This document shows positions 9,731 through 23,854 of a stretch of 64,000 bases of DNA, piece by piece. The notes under the pieces are model-generated. The model worked only from the letters and a program-made list of their open reading frames with translations, did not search any database and had not been told where the DNA came from. The stretch comes from an uncultured delta proteobacterium. GTDB taxonomy: Bacteria; Desulfobacterota; Binatia; UBA9968. Position 1 is the stretch's first letter, and each line of letters opens with the position of its first letter. Made by a program: the position numbers and the translations under genes. Where the stretch lies: the NCBI GenBank assembly GCA_963745035.1, contig CAVUVW010000013.1, forward strand, positions 1,600,001 through 1,664,000, written 5' to 3'.

Positions 9731-12700
9731 CTACTTCTTCGCCGGATCGTAGCCAAGGATGGGCGCGAGCCAGCGCTCGACCTCCACGACTTTCATACCC
9801 TTGCGGGCGGCGTAAGACTCCACCTGATCTTTGCCGATCGAATGGACTGCGAAGTAGTGAGCCTCGGGGTGCGCGAAGTAAAGGCCGCTGACCGACGCCG
9901 CGGGATACATGGCGAAACTTTCGGTGAGCGTGATGCCGGTCGCTTCGCCAGCTTGGAGCAGGCTGAAAATGATAGGCTTCTCGGTGTGATCGGGCTGGGC
10001 GGGATAACCCGGCGCTGGGCGGATACCCCGATATTTTTCTTGAATCAGATCTTCAGGAGTCAACTTTTCATCCCTGCCGTAGCCCCATTCCGCGCGCGCT
10101 TGTTTATGCAAATACTCCGCGAAGGCTTCAGCGAGGCGGTCGGCCAAGGCTTTCACCATGATCGAATTATACGGGTCCTGTTCTTTTTCGAAGCGCTCGG
10201 CCAACTCTTGGCAGCCATGTCCCGCCGTGACCGCGAACGCGCCGATGTAGTCGAGGTGTCCACTGTCGCGCGGCGCGATGAAGTCGGCGAGAGCGAGCTG
10301 CGGCTTGCCGCGCTGGTTGTCTTTCTGCTGGCGCAAGGTATGCAATCGCGCCAGCTCTTTCGTGCGCGTCACATCTTCATAAACGATGATATCGTCGCCG
10401 TCGCTGTTCGCCGGGAAAAACCCATGGACGCCCTGCGCGGTGAATAGTTTTTTCTCGACGACTTCCTTGAGCAATTCTTGCGCGTTGGCGAACAGCTCGC
10501 GTGCCGCCGGGCCGCGCGCGGGATCGTGGAGCAGATCCGGATAACGCCCGCGCATCTCCCAGGTATGAAAGAACGGCGACCAATCAATATATCGCACCAA
10601 TTCCGTCAAAGGAACATCCTGCAAAACCCGCCGTCCGATGAACTCAGGCACGGCGATATGTTGATCATCCCATTCCGTGTGCAGCTTGTGCCGTAGCGCT
10701 TCTTCGTAGGTCAGCAACTGCGTGCCGGCCCGGCTTTCAAACTGTTCGCGAATCTCCTGCTGGTCCTTGCGATTCTGTTGATCGAGCGCCTCGCGCGTGT
10801 CGGGCTTGGTCAAGGCTCCGACCACGGGCACTGCCCGCGACGCGTCGATGACATGAATCGTTTCGTGCTTGTAGGCCGGCGCAATCTTGACACCGGTATG
10901 GCGCTTGCTGGTCGTCGCGCCGCCGATGAGCAGCGGCAGATTCAAGCCGCGCCGGTCCATCTCCCCGGCGACGTGGACCATCTCGTCGAGGGACGGCGTG
11001 ATCAAGCCACTGAGACCGATGATGTCGGCTTTTTCTTGAATCGCGGTTTCGATGATCTTGTCCGCCGGCACCATCACGCCGAGATCGATGACATCGTAGT
11101 TGTTGCAGCTCAGCACGACGCCGACGATGTTCTTGCCGATGTCGTGAACGTCGCCTTTGACTGTGGCGAAAACCAATTTCGTCCGTTTGCTCACGTCCTG
11201 CGCGGCTTTTTTCTCCGCTTCGAGAAACGGCGTCAGATAGGCAACGGCTTTTTTCATCACGCGCGCGCTCTTGACCACCTGCGGCAAGAACATCTTGCCC
11301 GAGCCGAAGAGATCACCGACCACGTTCATGCCGTCCATCAACGGCCCTTCGATCACGGCCAAGGGCTTGCCGTATTTGGCCCGCGCCTCCTCGACGTCTT
11401 GATCGATGAAATCGGTGATCCCTTTCACCAGCGCGTGCGACAGACGCTCTTCCACTGTACCCGAACGCCAGCTGTCGTCCTTTGTGACCGCTTTGTCGGT
11501 TTTCTTGACCGTTTCCGCGAAGGTGACGAGCCGCTCGGTGGCATCGGGCCGGCGATTGAGCAGCACGTCCTCCACCAGCTCGAGCAAGTCCCGAGGAATT
11601 TGCTCGTAGACCGTCAGCATGCCGGGATTGACGATGCCCATGTCCATGCCGGCTTTGATGGCGTGATACAGAAATGCCGAATGCATCGCCTCGCGCACCG
11701 GATTGTTGCCGCGGAAAGAAAAGGAAATATTGCTCACCCCGCCGCTCACTTTCGCCAGCGGCAGATTCTGTTTGATCCAGCGGGTCGCCTCGATGAAATT
11801 GACGGCGTAACTGTTGTGCTCCTCGATCCCAGTGCCGACAGTAAGGATGTTGGGGTCGAAAATGATGTCCTGCGGCGGGAAGCCGATTTGCTCGGTGAGA
11901 ATTTTATAGGCGCGTCCGCACACCTCGATTTTTCTTTCGAATGTATCGGCCTGGCCGATCTCGTCGAAGGCCATGACGATCACGGCCGCGCCGTAGCGGC
12001 GCACCAGCTTTGCCTGGGCGATAAATTTTTCTTCGCCCTCTTTGAGACTGATCGAGTTGACGACGCCCTTTCCCTGCAGGCACTTGAGCCCAGCCTCGAT
12101 GATTTCCCACTTGGAGCTGTCGACCATCACCGGCACGCGCGCAATCTCTGATTCGCCGGCGATGAGTCTCAGGAATTTGACCATCGCCGCCTTGGAGTCG
12201 AGCATGCCCTCGTCCATGTTGATGTCGATGATCTGCGAGCCGCCTTCGACTTGCTGGCGCGCCACGCTCACCGCTTTGTCGTAATCGTCGGCAAGGACGA
12301 GCTTGGCAAATACCGGCGACCCGGTTACGTTAGTGCGCTCGCCAACGTTGACAAAATTCGATTCGGGCCGAACCGTGACGCTTTCCAGGCCGCTCAAACG
12401 CAAGTACGGCTCGACTTCCGGGACACGCCGCGGCGGCTTGCCTCGGACAGCGGCGGCAAGTGCCGCAATGTGCGCCGGCGTCGTGCCGCAGCAACCGCCG
12501 ACGATATTGAGCCAGCCGTTGTCGACCCATTCGCGCAGCTGCGGTGCCAAGGACTCCGGCGTCTCCGGAAATCCCGTCGGCAGAAGCGGGTCGGGAAGAC
12601 CGGCGTTGGGATGACAGCTCACGTAAATCGGCGCGATTTGCGCCAACTCGTCGATCAGCGGACGCATCTCTTTCGGACCGAGCGCGCAGTTCATTCCGAC

Positions 12701-13429
12701 ACTCAGCAGCGGCACGTGGGAGATCGAGTTCCAGAATGCTTCGACGGTCTGGCCGGTGACGCCACGGTTGCTGCCGGGCTGAATGAACGTGACCGAAGCC
12801 ATGAGCGGCAAGCGAATATTTCTCTCATCGAATAGTTTCAGAATCGCAAAAAACGCGGCCTTGGAGTTGAGAGTGTCGAAGATGGTCTCCACCAGCAGCA
12901 CGTCGGCGCCGCCGTCGACCAAACCGCGCGCCTGATCGTAGTAAGCCTCAACCAGTTCCTCGTAGGTTACGCCGCGGGTGGCCGCGCTTTGCACGTCGGT
13001 GGAAATCGAGCAGGTCCGATTGGTCGGGCCGATGGCGCCGGCGACGAAGCAAGCTCGCGACGGATCCTTCGCGGTGACGAGCTCGACCGCTTTTTTTGCG
13101 GCCTTCGCCCCCGCCAGGTTCAGCTCGTACGCGTAAGGCTCCAGTTTGTAGTCCGCCATCGAGATCGAGGTGGAGTTGAACGTGTTGGTCTCGACCATAT
13201 CGGCGCCGGCTTCGAGATACTGCGCATGGATCTCGGTAATCAGCTCGGGCTGGGTGATGCAGAGCACGTCGTTGCAGCCTTTGAGATCATGGGAGTGAGC
13301 TGCGAACTGAGCGCCGCGAAAGGCTTGCTCGTCGAGCTTATGCGCCTGGATCATCGTGCCCATCGCGCCGTCGAGGATGAGCAAGCGCTCGGCCAAAATC
13401 TCCCGGAGTTGTTTTTCCAGATCGTTCAT
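9731..13429 (-). CDS. metH: Cobalamin-dependent methionine synthase
   Basis: [24 protein letters not shown]12 motif DVHDIGKN, reactivation RPAPGYPA; start MNDLEK overlaps the upstream stop (ATGA). Confidence 0.98.
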   Translation of the reverse strand: MNDLEKQLREILAERLLILDGAMGTMIQAHKLDEQAFRGAQFAAHSHDLKGCNDVLCITQPELITEIHAQYLEAGADMVETNTFNSTSISMADYKLEPYAYELNLAGAKAAKKAVELVTAKDPSRACFVAGAIGPTNRTCSISTDVQSAATRGVTYEELVEAYYDQARGLVDGGADVLLVETIFDTLNSKAAFFAILKLFDERNIRLPLMASVTFIQPGSNRGVTGQTVEAFWNSISHVPLLSVGMNCALGPKEMRPLIDELAQIAPIYVSCHPNAGLPDPLLPTGFPETPESLAPQLREWVDNGWLNIVGGCCGTTPAHIAALAAAVRGKPPRRVPEVEPYLRLSGLESVTVRPESNFVNVGERTNVTGSPVFAKLVLADDYDKAVSVARQQVEGGSQIIDINMDEGMLDSKAAMVKFLRLIAGESEIARVPVMVDSSKWEIIEAGLKCLQGKGVVNSISLKEGEEKFIAQAKLVRRYGAAVIVMAFDEIGQADTFERKIEVCGRAYKILTEQIGFPPQDIIFDPNILTVGTGIEEHNSYAVNFIEATRWIKQNLPLAKVSGGVSNISFSFRGNNPVREAMHSAFLYHAIKAGMDMGIVNPGMLTVYEQIPRDLLELVEDVLLNRRPDATERLVTFAETVKKTDKAVTKDDSWRSGTVEERLSHALVKGITDFIDQDVEEARAKYGKPLAVIEGPLMDGMNVVGDLFGSGKMFLPQVVKSARVMKKAVAYLTPFLEAEKKAAQDVSKRTKLVFATVKGDVHDIGKNIVGVVLSCNNYDVIDLGVMVPADKIIETAIQEKADIIGLSGLITPSLDEMVHVAGEMDRRGLNLPLLIGGATTSKRHTGVKIAPAYKHETIHVIDASRAVPVVGALTKPDTREALDQQNRKDQQEIREQFESRAGTQLLTYEEALRHKLHTEWDDQHIAVPEFIGRRVLQDVPLTELVRYIDWSPFFHTWEMRGRYPDLLHDPARGPAARELFANAQELLKEVVEKKLFTAQGVHGFFPANSDGDDIIVYEDVTRTKELARLHTLRQQKDNQRGKPQLALADFIAPRDSGHLDYIGAFAVTAGHGCQELAERFEKEQDPYNSIMVKALADRLAEAFAEYLHKQARAEWGYGRDEKLTPEDLIQEKYRGIRPAPGYPAQPDHTEKPIIFSLLQAGEATGITLTESFAMYPAASVSGLYFAHPEAHYFAVHSIGKDQVESYAARKGMKVVEVERWLAPILGYDPAKK

Positions 13430-14415
13430 CGGTTCGTTTTCTTCTTTGTCTTCGGCTTCAATCCCGGCAAAGTCGCGCGCGCGACGAAAATTTCGACCGG
13501 CCGGTTGCCGTTGCGCGCCATTTTCTCGCCGGCGAAAGAGCCGGTCAGGTCGTAATCCACAGATTGCACGCCCGCGCCGCGAAACCATTGCTCGATCGAA
13601 CCGCGGTTGAAGCCGAGCCACTGGTGCGCCATCTGTTCGCGCATCCACTCCTGCTTGTGTTCGACGACATCGACCAAAATCACCGAACCGCCGGGGCGCG
13701 TGATGCGGCAAAGCCCGGCGATGGCACGCTCGGGATCGGGCAGAAAATGCAAAACCATGACGCAGAACGCAGCATCGACGCTAGCGGTATCCAGCGGCAG
13801 CTGGAGCGCGTCGCCTTGACGAAATTCGACGTTATCGAGCTTGCGCTCCCGAGCCACTGCTTTTGCTCTTCGCAACATTTCTTGGGAAAGATCGATGCCG
13901 ATCACCTTCCGCGCAAAACGCGCTAATTCGACTGTCAGACTGCCCGTGCCGCAGCCGATATCGGCGAGGGTCAGATCGCGGGGAAGTAATTTCTCGATGG
14001 CGAGGGAAGTCACCCGATCGTCGAAATAACTCTTGCGGATCCGTTCCCAATCGCCGGCCAGCGATTCAAAGTAGCTCTGCGACCTTTGCAGGCGTTTGCG
14101 CCGGGTCTCCTCCAAACGCGCCTGGTCCTTCTTCATTTCTGGGATATCGCCGAGCCGGGAATGAAGCGACTTGAAGAGCTCGCGCGCCGGCTCGGGCATG
14201 GGCTGGCGCGCCGAAAAGTAAACGCTCGTTCCTTCCTTGCGGTCCTGGACAAATCCGGCCTCGCGCAGGATGGCGAGATTGCGCGACACCGAGGACTGCA
14301 TCGACGCCACCACGTCCTGCACCTCCCCGACCGTCAGCTCCTCTTCGGCGACCGCGGCAAGAATCCGCAGGCGCAAAGGGTCGGCAAGCGCTTTAAGCGT
14401 GCGCACAAACTCCAT
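13426..14415 (-). CDS. ArsR-family HTH + SAM-binding methyltransferase fusion regulator (SahR-like)
   Basis: [13 protein letters not shown]...[17 protein letters not shown] ArsR domain; ADIGCGTG and MVLHFL methyltransferase domain; coupled to metH. Confidence 0.88.
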   Translation of the reverse strand: MEFVRTLKALADPLRLRILAAVAEEELTVGEVQDVVASMQSSVSRNLAILREAGFVQDRKEGTSVYFSARQPMPEPARELFKSLHSRLGDIPEMKKDQARLEETRRKRLQRSQSYFESLAGDWERIRKSYFDDRVTSLAIEKLLPRDLTLADIGCGTGSLTVELARFARKVIGIDLSQEMLRRAKAVARERKLDNVEFRQGDALQLPLDTASVDAAFCVMVLHFLPDPERAIAGLCRITRPGGSVILVDVVEHKQEWMREQMAHQWLGFNRGSIEQWFRGAGVQSVDYDLTGSFAGEKMARNGNRPVEIFVARATLPGLKPKTKKKTNR

Positions 14416-14435
14416 AAATCCATCCAGACTCAATC

Positions 14436-14470
14436 ATTATATTTAAATATTGTGATATTTCAATATCACG
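14436..14470 (-). promoter_or_regulatory. Sigma70 promoter with overlapping palindromic operator
   Basis: Minus strand TTGAAA, 16 nt, TATAAT; inverted repeat GTGATATT-TC-AATATCAC spans the -35 box. Confidence 0.7.
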
Positions 14471-14503
14471 GCCGCGGTTTGTGTCTGACCTGAAACGGAG
14501 GCT

Positions 14504-15151
14504 TCAGCGTGTATAGATGACTTGGCGGTCGATCACTGAGCGGAATACCGCAAGAAGATTGTCGTGGGGATGCGCTAACCCGTGGGCGGGGGAAAACAAA
14601 TCCAGAACATGATGGATGGCTTCGATGGTCGCATAGCAGTGCGACCGCGGCTGGCGGCGGATTCGATAACTCGACGCGGCCGGCGGCTCAAAACGTATGC
14701 GCGGCAAGCTCGCCACGTTCCGACTTAGGCGCAGCATTTTGCGCACGCTCTTCCAGGTCCCATCCAGGAGAAATACAACCAAGTGCCGCCCTGTCGGGAC
14801 AAGCGCCAGGCGTTCTGCCGGCGTTTGCCGCGTCAGATTGGTTGCGTCCTCGCTAGGATAAAGCAGCACAGGAAAGAAAGATGGGTTTTGGATCTCGCGC
14901 TCGATTCGTTCATCGCGCGAAAAATCGACCCCATCGAGCAGCAGGGAATTACTCAAGCAAAGGTGCGCCATGCGGCCGGTGCCGAGACGATGCTTTGCCT
15001 CGCGCGGTTGGCGCAAGATCACAAACCGAGGCTCTGAATCGAACGGCGCGACAAGCGCACAATAACAACCAGTGCGCGGGCGGCGGCACGAATGGCACAT
15101 GGCGCGGAATTCGACGTCAGAGGAGAACATGTCTGTTTTTCCTATACGCAT
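14504..15151 (-). CDS. DTW-domain protein (tRNA-uridine aminocarboxypropyltransferase-like)
   Basis: CxxC...CYC, DGTW motif, YRIRRQP, ATIEA. Confidence 0.88.
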   Translation of the reverse strand: MRIGKTDMFSSDVEFRAMCHSCRRPRTGCYCALVAPFDSEPRFVILRQPREAKHRLGTGRMAHLCLSNSLLLDGVDFSRDERIEREIQNPSFFPVLLYPSEDATNLTRQTPAERLALVPTGRHLVVFLLDGTWKSVRKMLRLSRNVASLPRIRFEPPAASSYRIRRQPRSHCYATIEAIHHVLDLFSPAHGLAHPHDNLLAVFRSVIDRQVIYTR

Positions 15152-15167
15152 TTAATCGATGTCGGCG

Positions 15168-15749
15168 TTAGCCGACTTTCTGCGCCAGGATGCCGGCGCG
15201 AAACGACGGCTCCGTGCCATCCAAAAACTTACCTTCACGGTAAAGCAGAACGCGAAAGTCGCGGAACTGATCCAGCAGCTCGTTGTGATCGAATAAGTAG
15301 TCCTGATTCTTCGGATGGCCAACGGCTCGTTGATCGATCAAATACGTGTCGAATATTACGTGACCGCCGGGCTTGAGCGCGCCTTTGAGGCGCGGCATGA
15401 GCGAACGTTGAAGGTAATTGATGTTGACGATCAGGTCATACTCTCCGGCAGCTACCTGGAGATCTTCCAGGTCGGCCTGTTGCCAGGTAATCGAGAGCGA
15501 ATTCGCCTTTGCACGCTCGCGGCCGTGCTCCAGTCCGACCGGCGAGATATCGATCGCGGTAACCTGAAAGCCGCGGGACGCGAGAAACAGCGCGTTGCGA
15601 CCCTTTCCGCAGGCGACATCGAGCGTCTTGCCCGGCGCAATCGTCCAATGACCGCTGTCGATGATCTCCTGCAAGAAGCGCGAAGGCTCTCCGCCGCCGC
15701 GACGTTCAGCGTGCAAGCGATTCCATCTGCTTTGATCATCTAACGTCAT
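15168..15749 (-). CDS. Class I SAM-dependent methyltransferase (TehB-like)
   Basis: LDVACGKGRNALFLA, AIDIS, LKPGG. Confidence 0.88.
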   Translation of the reverse strand: MTLDDQSRWNRLHAERRGGGEPSRFLQEIIDSGHWTIAPGKTLDVACGKGRNALFLASRGFQVTAIDISPVGLEHGRERAKANSLSITWQQADLEDLQVAAGEYDLIVNINYLQRSLMPRLKGALKPGGHVIFDTYLIDQRAVGHPKNQDYLFDHNELLDQFRDFRVLLYREGKFLDGTEPSFRAGILAQKVG

Positions 15750-16513
15750 CAGACGGCGCGCGCCAGAGTCACGACATAAACCCGCTCCGCACCGCTACGT
15801 TTAAGCGTGCGGCTGCATTCGTTCACCGTCGCCCCGGAAGTGTACACGTCGTCGACTAATAGTACTTTCTTACCTTCGAGCGATCGGCCGGGCGCCAGCG
15901 CGAACGCGCCGCGAACGTTGCGCCGCCGCTCTTCTTCATTGAGCTGAGTCTGGGGCGGGGTTTCTCTGATACGGCGGAGCACAAAGGCATCCGTCGAAAT
16001 ACCGTAGGCTTTGCTCAACTGTCGTCCCAGTAAGAGGGCCTGGTTGAAGCCGCGCCAGCGTAGCCGCTTGGGATGAAGCGGAACGGGAACGATCACGTCA
16101 GCGTCGCAACCTCTCAAAAATTCCCGACAGCCGCGCGCCATCAAACGGCCGAGCGGCTTGCCGAGAGAGACCTTGCGGCCGTATTTGAATTTGTGCACCG
16201 CTTGACGCAGCGGATGTTCGTCGGCCTCTTCGCGCGGATAGTACGCCCACGCCCAAGCGTGGGCGAATTGCGGCGGCCGCGCCAGACAGGCGCCGCAGGT
16301 ATGATCGTCGCCGCTCGCGTCGGGAAAGGGGCGCCCGCAAGCACTACAAATCGGATGCGCAATGAGCCGGATTCTGCCCCAACATTCGGCGCAGAAGTAC
16401 TCCGCGTCCCGGCCACAGAACGTCCTGGTGCAGGCGCGGCAGCGCGGCGGATAGAGCCAATCGACTAGCCAGTCAAGGCGATCCGTCATCGACGGCCGAA
16501 GGGAAAGTTCCAT
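15749..16513 (-). CDS. comF: ComF family protein (zinc ribbon + PRTase)
   Basis: CxxC pairs, VPVPLH..R...RGFNQA, LLVDDVYTSGAT. Confidence 0.92.
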   Translation of the reverse strand: MELSLRPSMTDRLDWLVDWLYPPRCRACTRTFCGRDAEYFCAECWGRIRLIAHPICSACGRPFPDASGDDHTCGACLARPPQFAHAWAWAYYPREEADEHPLRQAVHKFKYGRKVSLGKPLGRLMARGCREFLRGCDADVIVPVPLHPKRLRWRGFNQALLLGRQLSKAYGISTDAFVLRRIRETPPQTQLNEEERRRNVRGAFALAPGRSLEGKKVLLVDDVYTSGATVNECSRTLKRSGAERVYVVTLARAV

Positions 16514-16683
16514 GGCGGCCGGAGTTTAGCAAAACAGGAATGATTTGCGAACTTAAACTGCAGTTTTCCGAAGCACCTGGAAAAATTCCTTTGAATTGTA
16601 ACCCCTCGTTGGGAAAGAGGGGAATGGAGAGATTATCGAGGTCATCGCGCGCAAACTACGCAGCGAACTTTTTGTCCAGGACG

Positions 16684-18225
16684 CTAGCTTTCGACGATCA
16701 GCGAACGCCCGCTCATCTCCTTGGGCTGTGGCAGATTCAACAGCTGCAACAACGTCGGCGCGATGTCGATGCCAGACCCCTGCGTCAAACGGCTTTTTCG
16801 TCGTTCTTCATCGACCAGAATCACCGGCACCAGGTTGGTCGTATGCGCCGTGTGCGGCATGCCAGTATCGTAATCTATCAGTTGCTCGATGTTGCCATGG
16901 TCCGCGGTGATCACGACTTTGCCTTTTTTGCTCATTGCAGCGTCGACGACTTTTTCCAAGCACTCGTCGATCACCTCCACGGCGCGCACGGATGCTTCAA
17001 AGTTGCCGGTATGGCCGACCATGTCGGCATTGGCGTAATTGGCAATCACTAGGCCGACGTCCCGCTCGCGTACGTATTTCACCAGTGCTTCGGTTACCTC
17101 ACGCGCGCTCATCTCCGGCTTCATGTCGTACGTCGCAACGTCGCGCGGAGAAGGAATCAAAATGCGTTCTTCGCCGGGAAATTTCTCTTCTTCGCCGCCG
17201 TTGAAGAAGTAAGTTACATGCGCGTATTTTTCCGTCTCTGCGATGCGAAGCTGTCGGACATTCGCCTGGCTTGCGACTTCGCCTAGAATTTTGCGGATTT
17301 CACGCGGCGCGTAGGCGACCGGAACTTTAAAAGTTTCGTCGTACTGCGTCATGGTCACGTAGGTGGCGAGATCGATGCGCCGCTTGCGGTGGAACTCCTT
17401 AAAGTCTGCGTCTGTCAGGGCACGAGTCAATTCGCGCGCGCGATCGGCCCGGAAATTAAAAAAGATCACGCCGTCGCCATCCCTGATCAATCCTTCGGGG
17501 GCGACGCCCTCAATCACGGTGGGCAAAACGAACTCATCGGTTATCTTTTCTTTGTAACTGGCGCGGATTGCCTCTAAAGCCGAGGCTGCTTTGTTCCCGA
17601 CGCCTTCGGTCAAACATAAATACGCTTTCTCGACCCGATCCCAGCGTTTGTCACGGTCCATCGCGTAATAGCGGCCGGTGACCGTGGCGATCTTTACGTT
17701 CGCATAGGACTTCAACTTTTCTTGGAGATCGAGCATGAACTGCTCGGCGCTGTTCGGTGGCGTATCGCGGCCGTCAAGGAACAGGTGGAGGTAAACCGCA
17801 CCGACCTGCTCGCGACGCGCCATCTCGATGATCGCTTCCATATGGCGCTGGTGGCTGTGCACGCCGCCGTCGCCGAGAAGACCCAAGAGATGCAAGCGAT
17901 TGCTCTTCGCCTTGGTTTTACGCAGCGCATCAAGCAGCACCGGATTCTTAAAGAAGGTGCCGTCGTCGATATCTTTGTGGATGAGGGTAAGGTCTTGATA
18001 GACAATCCGGCCGGAGCCCAGGATCATATGGCCGACTTCGGAATTGCCCATCTGCCCGTCTGGCAGGCCGACATCGGTGCCCGACATCGAGAGACGGGAA
18101 TTTGGATAGTTTTTCAAAAGCTCGTCGAGATTCGGAGTCGCAGCGTTGGCGACCGCATTGGCTTCTTTTCTCGGATTGATGCCGAATCCGTCCAAGATCA
18201 CGAGAATCACTGGCGTCGTGCTCAA
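16684..18225 (-). CDS. gpmI: 2,3-bisphosphoglycerate-independent phosphoglycerate mutase
   Basis: ILDGFG, GQMGNSEVGH, GRYYAMDRDKRW, AETEKYAHVT, DMVGHTG. Confidence 0.97.
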   Translation of the reverse strand: MSTTPVILVILDGFGINPRKEANAVANAATPNLDELLKNYPNSRLSMSGTDVGLPDGQMGNSEVGHMILGSGRIVYQDLTLIHKDIDDGTFFKNPVLLDALRKTKAKSNRLHLLGLLGDGGVHSHQRHMEAIIEMARREQVGAVYLHLFLDGRDTPPNSAEQFMLDLQEKLKSYANVKIATVTGRYYAMDRDKRWDRVEKAYLCLTEGVGNKAASALEAIRASYKEKITDEFVLPTVIEGVAPEGLIRDGDGVIFFNFRADRARELTRALTDADFKEFHRKRRIDLATYVTMTQYDETFKVPVAYAPREIRKILGEVASQANVRQLRIAETEKYAHVTYFFNGGEEEKFPGEERILIPSPRDVATYDMKPEMSAREVTEALVKYVRERDVGLVIANYANADMVGHTGNFEASVRAVEVIDECLEKVVDAAMSKKGKVVITADHGNIEQLIDYDTGMPHTAHTTNLVPVILVDEERRKSRLTQGSGIDIAPTLLQLLNLPQPKEMSGRSLIVES

Positions 18226-18279
18226 AGGTTTTCCTTTCAGTTGCCGGTTGCCTCGAACCGGCGGAACGGTGGCGTCGCG

Positions 18280-18699
18280 TTATTGTTGGGCGAGCGTTTC
18301 GTTGCCGATCTGAAATTGATCGACGAGTTTGGCAACCGGCTCCGGCAGCTTGGCCTTCGGCGCTTGACCCCAAAGACCGTCGAGATCGTAAAATTCGCGC
18401 ACCGGCTCGTAGAAAACATGAACGATGACGTCGGAAAAATCGATCAGTGCCCAGTGGCCGCGCTGGGCTCCTTCGACGGCATAGGGCCGTAGACCTTCCT
18501 CGGCGGCGTTTTCCTCTATGCCTTGTGCGATGCTCTGCACCTGACGATCGGACCGCCCTGAGCAAACGATGAAGTAATCGGCAATGGAAGTGTGCTCATG
18601 AACGTCCAGCACGATCAGATCGCAGGCTTTTTTGTCGAGAGCAAAACGAGTCAGGAGGAGAGCTTTTTCCCAGGAGCTGATTTCTGCCAAGGTCGTCAC
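18280..18699 (-). CDS. rsfS: Ribosome silencing factor
   Basis: DKKA.D, ADYFIVCSG.S.RQV, WALIDFSDVIVHVF, FYDLDGLW. Confidence 0.95.
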   Translation of the reverse strand: MTTLAEISSWEKALLLTRFALDKKACDLIVLDVHEHTSIADYFIVCSGRSDRQVQSIAQGIEENAAEEGLRPYAVEGAQRGHWALIDFSDVIVHVFYEPVREFYDLDGLWGQAPKAKLPEPVAKLVDQFQIGNETLAQQ

Positions 18700-19358
18700 C
18701 GCGGGTTGCGCCCGTTGTTATAAAGCGCGCGCCGTTTGATATAATTTTCTACTTCCGACGGTACCAGATAACGGATCGATTTCCCTTCTTTCACGAGCGC
18801 GCGAATCTCCGAGGCCGATATCGCGATGTCTGTAAGCTCGTCAAAGTACACGCGCGTCCCGCTCCGATGCCGGTAGTTCTTCTGTTTAAAATCATAACAA
18901 AACAGTTTTTTTACGGCAACGCCGGTGCCTTTGAGCGGATCTTTTTCTTTGCTGCCCGGCCGCGAGGTGACGATAAAGTTACAGAGGGGAAATATGGCGG
19001 CGAAATCTTTCCAAGTACGGATCTCGCGAAAGGCATCGAGCCCGATAATGAAGTAAAGGACATCGTCTTTGTTTAGGGTGGCGGCGAATTCCCGGATGGT
19101 GTCGATGGAATAGGAAACCCCGGGCCGCGATATCTCCGCCGTCGAAACGCTGAATTTGGGATTTTTCGCCACGGCCAGACGCACCATCCGCAGCCGGTCC
19201 CGTGCTGCCGTCGTCGTCTGCCCGCGCTTATGCGGCGGCAGCGCGGCGGGAATGAAATAAACGCGGTCCAAGTCGAAAGTCTCGCTCACCTCTTCGGCGC
19301 TGCGGAGATGTCCCCAATGAATCGGGTCGAACGTGCCGCCGAAAAGACCGATCTTCAT
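18696..19358 (-). CDS. nadD: Nicotinate-nucleotide adenylyltransferase
   Basis: MKIGLFGGTFDPIHWGH, SYSIDT, IIGLDA, ISASEIR. Confidence 0.96.
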   Translation of the reverse strand: MKIGLFGGTFDPIHWGHLRSAEEVSETFDLDRVYFIPAALPPHKRGQTTTAARDRLRMVRLAVAKNPKFSVSTAEISRPGVSYSIDTIREFAATLNKDDVLYFIIGLDAFREIRTWKDFAAIFPLCNFIVTSRPGSKEKDPLKGTGVAVKKLFCYDFKQKNYRHRSGTRVYFDELTDIAISASEIRALVKEGKSIRYLVPSEVENYIKRRALYNNGRNPR

Positions 19359-19435
19359 AAGGCGTCGATTTGCGCGTGCGGGTTGAATGCGACGAAGATG
19401 CGCAACTCGGCGCCGGCTAAACGCGATGTGCGGTC

Positions 19436-19482
19436 GTTTCGGATTTCGGGTTCCGGGTTTCGGGTTAACTCGAAACCCGAGC
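19436..19482. repeat. Inverted heptamer array (GTTTCGG-like)
   Basis: GTTTCGG ATTTCGG GTTCCGG GTTTCGG then AAC TCGAAAC CCGAGC, in the proA-nadD spacer. Confidence 0.7.
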
Positions 19483-19503
19483 GCGAAGCGAGCTCCGAGC
19501 CGA

Positions 19504-20786
19504 TCATTCGCGAATCTGCCCGTCGCCAAAGACGATGAACTTCGTGGTGGTCAACTCTTCGAGGCCCATGGGGCCGAAGGCGTGGATCTTGCTCGTGCTG
19601 ATGCCGATTTCGGCACCCAAGCCGAGCTCGCCGCCGTCGTTGAAACGAGTCGATGCATTGACCATCACCGCCGATGAGTTGACCCGGTCGATAAACTCAC
19701 GCGAGGTCTGCTCATTGGTCGTGACGATGCTCTCGGTATGTTCGGAGCCGTAGCGTTCAATGTGATCGATCGCCTCATCCATGTCCTTGACAACGCGCAC
19801 GGCGAGGATCAGATCGAGATACTCCGCGGTCCAGTCGCTCTCGGCAGCTTTCTTGACTCCCGGTGCGAGAGCGCGCGTCTTGTCGCAGCCGCGAACCTCC
19901 ACCCCGGCAGCTTGGTAATCGTCGATCATCTGCGGCAAAAACTTCGCCGCGACCGCTTCGTGCACCAGCAAAGTCTCCATGGCGTTGCACACCGCCGGCC
20001 GCTGCACTTTGGCATTGAAGCAGATACGCTTCGCCATATCCAAAGACGCCTCGACATCGACGTAGACGTGACAAACTCCCTTGTAGTGCTTGATCACCGG
20101 AATTTTCGAATTCGCCACCACCGCGCGAATGAGCTCTTCGCCGCCGCGGGGAATGATGAGGTCGATGTACGCTTCGAGCTGCAGCAGCTCGTTGACGAAG
20201 GCGTGATCTTTGACTTCGACCATCTGTACGGCGTCCTGCGGCACCGAAGTCTCCGCACACGCTTGCCGCAGCACCGCGCCGATCGCCTGGTTCGAATGAT
20301 GCGCTTCGCTGCCACCGCGTAGGATGACCGCGTTGCCGGATTTCAGACAGAGCGCCGCCGCGTCCGCCGTCACGTTGGGGCGCGCTTCGTAGATAATACC
20401 GATGACCCCGAGCGGGATGCGCATGCGGCCCACTTGGAGACCGTTGGGGCGCTGCCACATTTTTACCACCTCGCGCACCGGGTCGGGCAATGCGGCCACG
20501 TCGCGCAAGCCTCTCGCCATCCCTTTCACTCGACCCGCGTCAAGTGTAATGCGGTCGAGCACGGCATTCGAAACTCCGGAGGTCTTTGCAAGTTCCAGGT
20601 CTTTGCGGTTCTCCGCGATCAAGAACGCGCTCCGCGCCTCGATCTCGTCCGCCATCAGCGATAGCGCACGGTTTTTTTCCGCAGTCGATACCCGTGCCAA
20701 CTGACGCGCCGCTGTCTTAGCGCGCTTGCCGAGGTTGAGCGCTTCGTTTTTGAGCATTTTCGATGGCGTGGTCTTGGCCACAGTTT

Positions 20787-20790
<4 letters not shown>
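19504..20790 (-). CDS. proA: Glutamate-5-semialdehyde dehydrogenase
   Basis: [45 protein letters not shown]. Confidence 0.97.
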
Positions 20791-23001
<2,211 letters not shown>

Positions 23002-23040
23002 TTACTTTTGCCTTGCTTCTATCATCCCCTTACCCAAGGC

Positions 23041-23067
23041 AAAAAAAAAGCCCCGAAAGGGGCTTTT
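23041..23067 (-). terminator. Intrinsic terminator after rpmA
   Basis: Minus strand AAAAGCCCC-TTTC-GGGGC followed by T9. Confidence 0.85.
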
Positions 23068-23085
23068 CATTTTGCGACGCTCATC

Positions 23086-23343
23086 TCACAGAGCGGGTAG
23101 CACAGCGACGCGCTTCCTTTCCTTGTCCTTGCGTTCGTAACGAACAACGCCGTCGATCAATGCGAACAGCGTGTAGTCACGACCCATGCCGACGTTCTTC
23201 CCCGGATGGATGCGCGTACCGAGCTGGCGCACCAGGATATTGCCCGCGCGCACGGACTCGCCGCCGAAAACTTTAACGCCCCTTCTTTGTCCTTGGCTGT
23301 CGCGCCCGTTGCGCGAGCTGCCGCCGGCCTTCTTGTGTGCCAT
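23086..23343 (-). CDS. rpmA: 50S ribosomal protein L27
   Basis: [23 protein letters not shown]. Confidence 0.99.
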   Translation of the reverse strand: MAHKKAGGSSRNGRDSQGQRRGVKVFGGESVRAGNILVRQLGTRIHPGKNVGMGRDYTLFALIDGVVRYERKDKERKRVAVLPAL

Positions 23344-23358
23344 TGCTCTACTCCCCGG

Positions 23359-23673
23359 TTATGGTTCGATTGCGGTGATTTTCAGCGCGGTCTGATATTG
23401 CCGGTGACCCCGCTGCCGGCTGTAGCTCTTCCGGCGTTTTTTCTTGAAGACGATGATTTTCTTGGCGCGGCCTTGGTCGACGATCTCGCCGGTCACTTTC
23501 GCATCGGCCACCAGCGGCGCGCCGATCTTGGGATCGCCGTCGCCGCCGACGAAAAGCACGTCCGCCAGGGTTACCTTCTCGCCGACTTCGCCGGCCAATT
23601 TTTCGACTTTGACGACCTCGCCTTCGGACACGCGGTATTGCTTACCGCCCGTTCTAATTACCGCATATTTCAT
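23359..23673 (-). CDS. rplU: 50S ribosomal protein L21
   Basis: [24 protein letters not shown]. Confidence 0.99.
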   Translation of the reverse strand: MKYAVIRTGGKQYRVSEGEVVKVEKLAGEVGEKVTLADVLFVGGDGDPKIGAPLVADAKVTGEIVDQGRAKKIIVFKKKRRKSYSRQRGHRQYQTALKITAIEP

Positions 23674-23854
23674 AGGATTTTCTCGGAAACAAAATTTTTA
23701 AAGGAAAACTCCGCCAAAGTCAACCTACGCGCGTCGCTCACGCCGCCAAATCTAGGGAATTCACCCGCCGGTTTTCACCAGCAGCAGCCGTTCGAAGGAT
23801 AAACACGAGCACCGATAAATTTTTCTCAGGATACCCTTGACACTCCCTTGTTCA

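Noticed and set aside
9446-10447. 333-aa plus-strand ORF as a full TIR protein
   Set aside because: Beyond 9730 it is the antisense shadow of metH; only the first part is TIR-like.
13430-13711. N-terminal extension of MetH in the ORF track
   Set aside because: It overlaps the ArsR-methyltransferase gene in another frame. The start at 13429 gives a normal MetH N-terminus and ATGA coupling.
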